Assembly: GCA_965649765.1 (NCBI GenBank)
Contig: OZ287748.1
Coordinates: forward strand, 59,210,001 to 59,274,000
DNA length: 64,000 bases
Direction of reading: 5' to 3'
From: Bispira polyomma
Taxonomy: Eukaryota
A program made the position numbers and the translations under genes. Shown in pieces: positions 51,582 to 61,969 of the stretch (the stretch's first letter is position 1; each line of letters starts with the position of its first letter). Below the pieces are notes generated by a model that ran no database searches, was not told where the DNA came from, and saw nothing but the letters and a program-made list of their open reading frames with translations.

Positions 51582-53516
51582 AGATCAATAAATGACTTTT
51601 TGGAAACATTCTAATTTGAGAGAACACCTGCAAGTACCTGTCATAAGCACTTTATAATCTGGGGTAGCATCATTCTAATCTTTTCCTTAATAAAATTATG
51701 TTTTGGTCATTAATGTAGCACTTGGTAGATCAAGTAGATGTTGAAGTTTATGTTTAGTTCAACTTCAAATTTCAGGCTTCTTGAGGCACAGAGAATTTTC
51801 TATACAATTGCAATGATTGTCATTATAGGGCTTTGGTGTTTGGTGATTTTATACACTAAAAGTATATATCATATTTTGTTAAAAAGGTATATTTACACAA
51901 GCAATCAGTATAGTAAATCTGTAATGCAGATTATAAGAAAATATTCTAGAATATTCATTCTAATCTTATCTTTTATATGTAACTAATCTGCAATTACACA
52001 TGCTGTAATTATACTCTTTTATTGAATGTATATCTTTTACGTAAGCTTAACTTAAATTAAGGTTACCTTAGTAAAGTTAGTAACCTTAACTTAAATTGCA
52101 TGTAAAATCTAGAAACTTTAACTCACCTTAACTTAAGGTCACCTTAGTTAAGATTGCTCCAATGGTGACCTTAACTCTCACATATTGAAGTAGAAACTTA
52201 GTCTGGTCACCTTAGTTAGTTTACGATGACCATAGACTGTATATAAAAGTAGTCACTCTAAAAAAAACTAGTAAATGTAATACCTTTACTAACTGTAAAT
52301 AAACTGTAAATAACATTTTTATCCCTCAAACTGTCCTATATCTTGAGGGTACCTTTACTTATCTTTCTGGACTTGCCACTGAGTTGGGTACTGTGTACCT
52401 TGACATAGTTGGTGTCAAGGATGTCAGTACATGGCCTCACCCACTTTTGTTCTTTAGTTGCTCTCTTGAACTGTTAACCTCTTCTCTAATTGGCCCCCAC
52501 AGTTGGGTGCCAAAATTGATCAATTTCTTCATTTTTGCATTTGACATTCAGCAATGCGCATCGAATTTTCCGCCGTCCCATCCCATTTTCTATCGAAAGG
52601 ATCAGATCATATTTTACTCTTAGAGCACAACAAATTAAACTTATTATCACTTATCATCTTCCTTTAAGTTACCATACAGAGTACCCCAGGGGCTTACGGT
52701 GGGGGCCTGACTGGACGGAATCCAGTATATACATGCTCGACTTTTGTCTGGGAATATAATATTACTTGGTCAAAAAGTCTTTTACCCCAGTCTTGTAAAA
52801 GTAAACTTGATGTAAAACATCAGCACTAATTTATTTTTCTGTTCCTCCTATTTCCTAATTTTCAAATATTAAAACAATACATTTTAAATACAACTCCATA
52901 TTTTATTGTTCAAGTAAGAGGATTTGTGTAGAGTAAGAAAGTAAATACTGTAAAGTCTAATTCATATAGATACTTAAATACTTCATAGTACTACATATAA
53001 CCTCTTTTATGGTGCAGTATCGCTTTCTTTTCACATGAATTCTGGCCAAACAAACATTACACGAATTTGACTGTAGTAAAAACAAATGCTTGATTTGTAA
53101 ACTTTTGTTACTACACCCAAGGAGATTATGTTTTTTACCTGTGCCCGTTTGTATGGACACAAAAACTATTGAATTAAATTACATGGAATGAAGTGGAAGA
53201 CTATGTTAAACTTATAGAAGTAACAATAAGTAATGCTACTAAAAATATCCATCTTGTATTGTAAAACTGAAAGTTGTGTAACTAACAATGGTTATCAATC
53301 CACCTATTTCAGATTGTCTAGAGGTATCCGACAAGGCTGTCCCATCAGTGCAGTTTTATTTTTGTTGATAACAGAAGTTACTTCGATTATTCTTTGTGAG
53401 TCTAACTCTGTTAATGGATTAATATTTTCAGAAACGCACATTAAACCGTGTCAATTGGCAGATGACATGACAATGTTTTTAACTGATATGTCCTCTGTTA
53501 AAAGTATCCTTACTCT

Positions 53517-53958
53517 TGTTACATATAAGGACATTGTGGTATGTTAAAGTAGAACCGGTCTAGTTAGTACTAATGTTTCTTACACTCTGCTAGAGTGATC
53601 GATTTATAGATTTGGGGAACCCCTAAGCTTCTAAAAGCTGGTTCTATTTTGTTTCTGTTGTTATTGAAGTTGTTTTAATCTGTTTACATTTCATTCTGGA
53701 ACCTTCTATCAATTGTTTACATATTCTGGAGCCTTCTCTAGCAGTAGTATACATAAGGGTTGAAAGCCTGGCCACAGACTAGTGTTTATTGAGTTGGTAG
53801 GCTATATGAACTGCTATACTGTGAAACACTTTTTTTCTTTTCCTGTGGATATAAACTGATTATTATATACATTTTGTTGTGAACTCATTGGAGTGAACTG
53901 GATATAAAGTTGTGGATCTACCAGAGATTTGATTTGCTGCATATTGGTGACCGTAACA
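53517..53958. mobile_element. Solo LTR (442 bp)
   Basis: TGTTAC...GTAACA ends and 5-bp TSD ACTCT (53512-53516, 53959-53963); removing it restores the LINE frame SVKSILTLFKEFYRY. Confidence 0.85.
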
Positions 53959-54929
53959 ACTCTGTTTAAAGAATTTTACCGATATGCTGGCCTAAAACTG
54001 AATAAAAGCAAGACTGAAGCAATTATTATTGAGTATGACGGTACCTTAATAGAAGATCCCAGTTTGGGCATAAGGTGGATAAATGGTCATTTCAAAACAT
54101 TAGGTACATGGTTCTCTGTTAACCATGAAGAAATAAGGATCTTGAATATAAATAATAAAATGGAAATAATCAAATCTGTTCTTAATGTTTGGAAAACTAG
54201 GTGCCTAACACTCAAAGTAAATAACTGTACTTAAATCTTTATTCATTTCACATATATTACAGCTTGCTTCAGTCTTGCCTTTTACTAACAAACAGTTGAT
54301 AAACCTAGACAGTCTGTTATTTGATTTTGTGTGGAATAATAAGAATTCACTTGTATCTAAAAATACTTTAATTTAGACTGTAAGTAACGGTGGGCTTAAA
54401 ATGTTTTTTTTATGTATGTAGTAAAAACTGCAAAAATTATGTGGATGAAAAGATTTGTTAATAATATTAATACCAAGTGGAAAGTTCTACCTGAAAATCT
54501 AATGGGTCTTAAAAAATCTATGATTTTTAGAAAGTACTATTTTGAAACCATTAAACATAAACCATTTACTACCTTTTACAGAAATATGTTATCCATTTGG
54601 TATGATTTTATTACAGTGGCACCCCAAACTATGGATGACTTTTATAATAAAAATATATTTTACAATGATTTATTTTGAATTGATAACAAGGCTATAGCCC
54701 ATGAATATACTGACTGGGCAAATAGTGACATATTGGTTGTTTCTGATATTCTACAAGTTGATGGTCCTTTTGTAAAAAAAAACAGATTTGGCTAAGGTTT
54801 AGTTAAATTTATAAGGGAAATACATTAGGTTTGAGTTGACCTCAACTTGAACATAAGTGAATTTAAATTGATACATTAAGTACATATAAAAATAGCCTCA
54901 AACCCAACGGTGGAAGTAGAGCATTTACT

Positions 54930-55721
54930 TATTCATCCAATAAACGTTGGAAGGTAGAACCCACTTTATCAGTACCATTTGAACTTGCTTGGATGTAAGT
55001 CCAAACACAGTCAGACGTCCAGGTGCCATGCTCTTTTATATGCTGTACCGGGACTTTTTTTAAGAGCCACATACGGGCAGATGGAAGTGGAGCTTAACCT
55101 AGGTAATGTGATTACCTGTACTTTGTCCCTGTTTTGCATGGTCTTAGACTATTTGAATAACAATTTGACTGAATCTTTCTAAAAAAATACACCCGCCCCT
55201 GTAAAGTGAAGCGATGAATCAAACTCAGCTACTGATTGTGGGGCAATATTAGAAAGTCTATAAAACAATTTAAATCCCGTCAAGAAGATTGCTTTGCAAG
55301 TGTGAAGATTGCTAATATGTTTGCAATGGAGGATCATTTGTTTCAATTTATCCACATCTATTATGTTTCTTCTCACCACTGTGTGTGTTCTATTAATTTT
55401 TATTGCTTTAATAAAATACTTGATTTTTAGATGATCAAGCATCTGAAATGGCAAATCATATACCACACACATAGCTTTAATTGCAGATACATAATTTGCA
55501 ATCATTGACACTTTATTGATCACTAAATACTCCAGAAAAGAGATAACACAGTCAACACTTACAGCCTCTAGGGCGACTCCCACACACAAACAAAATGCCA
55601 CAAATGTTTTGAAAAACATTTCATAACACTTCCTGATCTTAGGTCGGAAGGCAGTGTTAAGTCTCCTGTAGGCTTGACCCTTTAAACTTTTCAGTGCTTC
55701 TATCTCTACAACACAAAGCAT
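54930..55721 (-). pseudogene. Tyrosine recombinase ORF of the Ngaro-like element
   Basis: ORF 55179-55721 (IANYVSAIK...FYRLSNIAP) and downstream KEHGTWTSDCVWTYIQ catalytic end; the segment with the HxxR motif is deleted. Confidence 0.8.
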
Positions 55722-55878
55722 AGTATCCTACATTTAATATCTGTAACAAGGCCTATAGTGTGTTATCAATATAGGTTAATTCAATTGAGGTTTGCAACCA
55801 AACTGGACTGCTCACCAATGATGCCAACTCATTTACATTATGTACAGAATTGGTCCATCTGGACAGCAAGTCTGCAGT

Positions 55879-57473
55879 TCAGTTGTTTTTACCTAATACA
55901 TGAATATTCCCCATGGCTGCCATATACCAGACATTTCTGGCACACGCTGAAAGAAAAGGATCTTTGGCTCCACCTGAAGAAAGTACACATACTACAGCCT
56001 CATTGTTGCATTTGATTATGACTTTTGCACCACACCAATATTGCTGGTACAATTTCAATGCTACTATGATGTTCACCATTTCTAGATGCACAATGCTTAA
56101 ATTTTGAAAATTCATTGGAATTGCTAAATGAAACACCAAATTTCTCCATACTCCACCCAAGCAGACCAAACACGCATCAAATTCTAAGGTGTGGTCAATG
56201 ACCTTGTGGTCATACATGGATATACCATTGTACATTGGAAGAAACCGGTCAAACCATTTCAAATCTCTGTTGAACTCATCAGTAAGAATTATCGTGTTAG
56301 GATTTATCACGCTTCTCAGTAGTTCTAACATTCTATTCAAGAAAAACCTAGCAGGTTAAACACATTTGTGTATATACAACAAAGAACCTACCAAAGATTG
56401 CAATTGTTTTTTGGTACACTGTTTTCTATTGCGCCATTCTGCTACAGTTACTCTTATCTCTTGTAGTTTTTCTTCAGACATGGAAGTTGTACCCTGCACT
56501 GTGTCAATAAGTACCCCCAGACACACTGTTTGTGTGCTGGGAGCAGCTAGCTTTTTCTGGCTAATAGTGAGACCTAGGGTTTCCATTATTTCATAAAGAC
56601 AGTCAAACAACTTTTTGGCGACATCTTGCGTCCCATAACCAAAAAAAATTGTCACAATGATTTACGACACTGTAGCCACACTGACGCATGACATAACTAA
56701 CTGTGTCACGTATGCGTTAACAAAACTGGCTACCATAACGACTCCCAAATGGCAGACACATATCTATGTATGAACCTTGCCAGTTTAGACCCAAGAGGTC
56801 GTATTCAGCCAGATCTATTTTTAGTATCCGGAATGCACGACTTACGTCCAACTTTTAGATGTGAGCTCCTTTACCAATCTTGGCTATCTCACGAGTTAAA
56901 TCATCCAGCGTTGGAAAACTGAGATTAAAGTCCGAACCCAGATAACAGTCTTTGTCAACCCCTGAAATAACTTCTTGTCCTTTCGGTCAACTAAGGTCTA
57001 TTATGACGCGCTGTATCGAGTCATAAAGGGGGAGTAATGACAGTTTATAATCGGGCTTACAACGAATGGATCTATTATGGCTCCTTGCTTTTTCTCTTCA
57101 TTTAAGTACACCTCCACATCATTGGGGTATTCAATGGCCGACATATGATTGTCTGTGTTTGAACTAAGTGGGCAGTTTCTGTTGAACCCCAAGGTAAATC
57201 AAAATTTCAACAAATGCATCAATTGCTTGTCCCAGTAATCAGTAAGTACAGCACGCCAATGTGTAATTGAGACTTGACCAGTATGCGGGCAGCCATGAAA
57301 TTGGGCTGTCCCCCCTTTTTAACCTCATTGTGTAAAGCTATGGGACAGTTGATTGTTGAATTTTTTACACCTACTATTGTGGGTAGTGCAGGTTCAGAAA
57401 GTGGAAGAAAACCAAATTGGAATACAGACTGGGCTCTGCACTGTCTGAAACTATCACAATCCCAAATACACAA
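55879..57473 (-). pseudogene. RT/RNase H ORF of the Ngaro-like element
   Basis: Fragments NHMSAIEYPNDV...HYSPFMTR, LGLTISQKKL...CLGVLIDT...LQSLVGSL, FDACL...IVHLEMVNI...IKCNNEAVV. Confidence 0.85.
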
Positions 57474-58107
57474 GGTGTGATTTTTTTCTTCTGTTGTGAA
57501 ACAATATCGAATTAATGAACTTCTTTTCTTTGAAAATCCCCAGTCCTATTTAGTAGCTGGGGTCAATTCTTTTTTAATTGTCACATTGTCAATTATCTGT
57601 GAAGTGGCCTTGAGGCCTCTATTCTTGTCAAGTTTTGGAACTGGTACACCCTTTTGTGGGGGAAAATTAATTGGTCTGATTTCATTTACAGTCTTTTCAT
57701 GCAATTTTCTGCCACTCTGTATGACCAGAACATTGGTGTGCTGTTTTTTGTTTACATTATTGTGCACTCTGCTAACCTTACCATGTGTATTTCTGACCAC
57801 CCTAGCATATGACTTCCTGTCAATAGTATTTGTAGCTCCAAAAGTACCCAAGACACTTCCCAAAGGCCGTATAAACAAATTTTCAACATCTACTTTTCTG
57901 ACAGAACTATTATAAAAACATTTGGTGACACATTTATTTCTGCGTACTCTGGTTTTTTGTTCAATATCTAGACATTTCTGTCTTACACAGACATCATTTT
58001 TCACATACATATTTACAACATTGACATTATCTACAACAGATGATACCTTTTCACTCATTTTTTTGGCTGAGCTTTCTTTGCAAACAGACATTCCTTTTTA
58101 GGATGCC

Positions 58108-59176
58108 CTAATATACACCCTCTGGCAATACAGTGTGAGCATATGTGCCTATGAAGCTTGCCACCAATTTCATGGTCTTTGGTGAACTGACAAGTACCAT
58201 TCTGGTAAAATTTACAAAACCAAGGTTTCTTACCATTATCAGTTGAATGATTGCCATTGAAATAACCCTTTCCCTAATTTTTTGTACTACTATTGTTAAT
58301 GTGTGTGTGTTTCTGAGCTTGAGCTCTGCGTAGAATACGATCAGTATCATTCCAAGTAAGCGACCCCCTCTCCATTTCACACAGGAGAACAGCATGTGCT
58401 GCTTTTGCCCCTTGCCAATTAAAGTCGGCGGCATCCTCCATAAGCTTAGACATGTACATAATCATCTTTTCTCTTTTAACATTATCACTTTGCTCAACTA
58501 CATTTTTACAAAAACCTTGGACTCATTGGGACATTGAAAGCTGATCGTATGACAATCTGGTTCTTGTGGCCCCCCTATATAGCCTCTTGAGGCCACGCTA
58601 CCTTGTTTTTGACTAGAACATCCACAGAACACCCCCCTTTAGATTTAATTTTGAAATTTTCAGTACCTGATTTTTGTCACTCACGTTCCAATTCTCTTAG
58701 CCTGATGTCTACTCAACGCTGAAAAGAATCTGACTTTCTGAGAGCTGACAAACTGGGGTGTGGTTCATCATCTGATGAATCACTGTCTGATACACTAATA
58801 TTTTTACTTTTATCAATACATTGACCATCATATTTTTGAGATGAAACCAATGTACTTAACTTCTGTCTCTTTCCTTTGTGTTGATCTCTCTGACGCTTGT
58901 CTAAGTCAGCCACCCTGTCCTCGACCGCATCCAGCCTGGAATTGATCCGCTGTAGCTGTTGGAGAATCTGCAGCTGCACACTGTCCTCTTCTCTTCCTGA
59001 TGATCTGCTGCTACCACGTCCATCATCCCGTTATTAACAACTCTAGTGTCCGACACATTCAGGGTTTCTTCGGTAACATCAAAATCGTCCTCAATGTTTT
59101 TTCTCCTACAATTTTTCCCGGTTGGTGGGATATGTTTCCCCCCACATTTATTGCACTGGTATGTATGCTTTGACAT
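58108..59176 (-). pseudogene. gag-like ORF1 of the Ngaro-like element
   Basis: N-terminal CxxC...H..PTGKNC motif, YMSKLMEDAADFNWQGAKAAHAVLLCEMERG core, C-terminal CKFYQNGTC...H zinc finger; frameshifted. Confidence 0.75.
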
Positions 59177-61072
59177 ATTTATATTTGTTTATATTTGTTT
59201 ATATTGGCTATTTGCCTATTGTCACAGAAAGAATACAAAAACGAGACACACGCAGTTTTCCGTTTTGACCACTCCACAGCTTGATTTATAATTTTGAAAT
59301 TAAAAATATATGGCATTTATTGCAAGAATGAATAGGTCTAGACCGTCCCTTTATCCCCAGCCAAAAAAAGCCCAAATCAAGCGTGAGGTTCTTTAAATGG
59401 AGGTCTGTGTGTGATCTCATACATACAGAAACAGAAGTTCTTTTATTCAGCACAGTGTGCTTGTCCATAAAACAACTAAAACACTAACATAATCCTATAA
59501 TGTTCCTTCATATGACAAAACTCTCACAAATAGAATTAGTTGTAAATATAAAAAACAAGTGTAAATATAAATTAAAAAGAACATTTCCTGCCACACTCGT
59601 CTGTGACTATTTTAACACTGAAGTTCACACCTATACTCCCAAGTAACCAGGTTTTGTCTTCTTTGACCAAACTTTTTACCTGTTAAATTCAGACTGGTAC
59701 CCTCAAGACAATTAAGGTAGGAAGGACTGACAAGGGCAATGCCTAAACACCGCCCCCGATTAAATCACTTCAATCCAAAATATTACTACATTGTTAATTA
59801 TATACTGCTCATTGGAAAAGATTACATTAAACAATGTGAAAAGAATGGGTCAAAAGTTTCCTTTTATGCTTTTCCGCATATAGTTAAAGATAAATTGAAG
59901 ATAGAGGAACTAGTTTTTCTTAAAAAATGTAAGAGTGATATTTTTGAAAATCATTTTGGTGAGTTAATGTTAGCCATACAGTAATTCTGGTCTGGATGTT
60001 ATAATGTTATACATACCATATTGTTTTTGTGCTCAAGATTTCAGTATTATGTACAAAAAAAAATAATAAAAATTTCAAAAAAAGTGGAAGGGTGTGGAAT
60101 GGGCCCAAAGAAAAATATCCTTGTCCGTCAGTTTCCGTTTAATTTAACAATTCTATTTTCTCTAATTTGTAATAAAACAGTGGAAGGTAATACCATTATA
60201 CAACTTGGACATATCGACCAGTGACATCAAAGTCTCAAAAGAATCCCTGCATCCTCAGCCAAGGTCAGGCTAATGATTGCACCATGAAACCATATCTAAA
60301 CAACAGGGGGTCAATGTTCTATATATGCTAAAATGGCCTTACTTTCACTTCAAAATGATCTGGACAAACCAATGACAAACAGTAAAGTTCTTTTTGCTAT
60401 GTTCGTATTTCACATTATTATGGCTGTTATAAAAATACAATAAAATGTATTTCGATTGAAATTCTGGTTTTGATTCTCCGATTGATTTCTGTGAAATATT
60501 ACCCTGGCTAAATACATGTGTAGTCATGTTAAAATACCTACTTCTTTTACTACACTGTACAGCGACTGATTGTATATAATAAAATATTCACCAATGATGG
60601 GATTATGTACAACAAGTTGGTAGCTGTAGCTGGCTGGTTAGAATTTATGGGATGCTGTCTGTAAGCAGAATGGCTCACTATGGTATGATCATTTAATGCA
60701 AGTATGAACTTCCATTTTAACAAGACAAAAATCCACTGAAAAACTCGTTTTCAATTATTCGACCTGATTAAAATAGTGGATTTGTTGGTTCTATAATGTT
60801 AGAGATGTATATGACACTGGCAAATTTAAAATCTAGGCAGAAAAAACTTATAATGAAAATATACTAATATACTAATAATACACCTCAAGCTAGTTAAGAA
60901 CATAGGGTTTTATTATGGTGCTGGCAAAACAAAACAAAAATTCAGATTAAAATTCTACTAGATGGCCTTAAAAATATTTAATTCCAACAGGCAAAATCAA
61001 AATTTTAATCTCACCTAGGCAGATTTTAAATCCGCCAAGGCAAGATGAGAATTTTGATTTTGCCTAGGCAAG

Positions 61073-61329
61073 GAGGCCGCAGTGGCCTAGTGGTTAGCAA
61101 GCATTGAGCTTCAAAATTTCTTGTCTCTCGCCTCTGGGAGCGGCTGGCGTGGGTTCGACTCCTGTCGATGCCTGTGGGAAAGGTGGTAGTTCCTTACTGT
61201 GGGCCGCTGGTTTCAGTGCAGAATCATGATCAACTGTATCCAGTGTTTCCTCCAGCATCTCCAGCTACCTGTCCCAATATAATCTAAACAGGTACCAGAT
61301 TGTATGTTAAATATCTAAATTCAAATTCT
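61073..61329 (+). mobile_element. tRNA-derived SINE, near full length
   Basis: A-box TGGCCTAGTGG, B-box GGTTCGACTCC, AAATTC-type tail; 10-bp TSD CCTAGGCAAG (61063-61072, 61330-61339). Confidence 0.85.
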
Positions 61330-61469
61330 CCTAGGCAAGATTAAAATTTTAATTTTACCTAGGCGAATATAAAATCTGCCTGGATTTTAATTTGGCCTGT
61401 GACACATACATGTACAATTTAGGCAGCCTAACAGTAAGTCGCACCACCTGTCCACTTATAGTAGGTTGC

Positions 61470-61690
61470 CAGGTGGCCCAGTGGTTAGATGTGTCTGCTT
61501 TAATATCAATTAGCCCATCAATAAGCCCAGTAGCTATAAATGTTTGTTTTAATATTATATGTGGGGACAGAGGGTTGTGTACCACTGCTTCCTTGTCGAG
61601 TAAAGGTTTCCTGGGTACTTGCCCTAGGTTGGTGGTTGACACAGTACAAATAGTTCTAACTGTCACAATATAATAAAACGTCAAAATTTA
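61470..61690 (+). mobile_element. Degenerate SINE
   Basis: GGTGGCCCAGTGGTTAG head and GTACTTGCCCTAGGTTGGTGGTT body shared with the SINE at 14703. Confidence 0.5.
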
Positions 61691-61969
61691 TTTAAAACTA
61701 AAATAAAGTCAAATTATATCTAGTCAAATATGAAAAAACATGGATATTATAGAACTGTATGAACTGTGGCAGTGTAACTAACGTTCACAACAATCTTCGC
61801 TTCAATACTAAAGTAGTCAACCAGTTCACTGAAGTGCATTGCCCTATACCTATATACTGTAAACACAAAAATCTACTGCTACTAGATATTATGCTAGTGT
61901 CTATAAGCACACTGATTCTTAAAAAAACATATCAAAATATATTTTGTGAGAGTTGTTTCCTGGGAAGTG

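Larger units (their letters stand above)
54790..59760 (-). mobile_element. Tyrosine-recombinase retrotransposon (DIRS order, Ngaro-like), degenerate
   Basis: Order gag-like (58108-59176), RT/RNase H (55879-57473), tyrosine recombinase (~54930-55721); no methyltransferase domain seen; many frameshifts. Ends approximate. Confidence 0.85.
53200..60081 (+). mobile_element. Tx1/L1-clade LINE, 5'-truncated, interrupted by a solo LTR and an Ngaro-like element
   Basis: RGIRQGCPIS, QLADDMT (53233-53516), GLKLNKSKTEA (53959-), resuming at ~59762 (IVNYILLIGKDYI) to an A-tail; TSD AAGTGGAAG at 53191-53199 and 60082-60090. Confidence 0.88.

Noticed and set aside
61073-61160. tRNA gene (also 14703 and 25743)
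   Set aside because: A/B boxes are present but there is no cloverleaf or acceptor stem; the body, tail and TSD identify SINEs.
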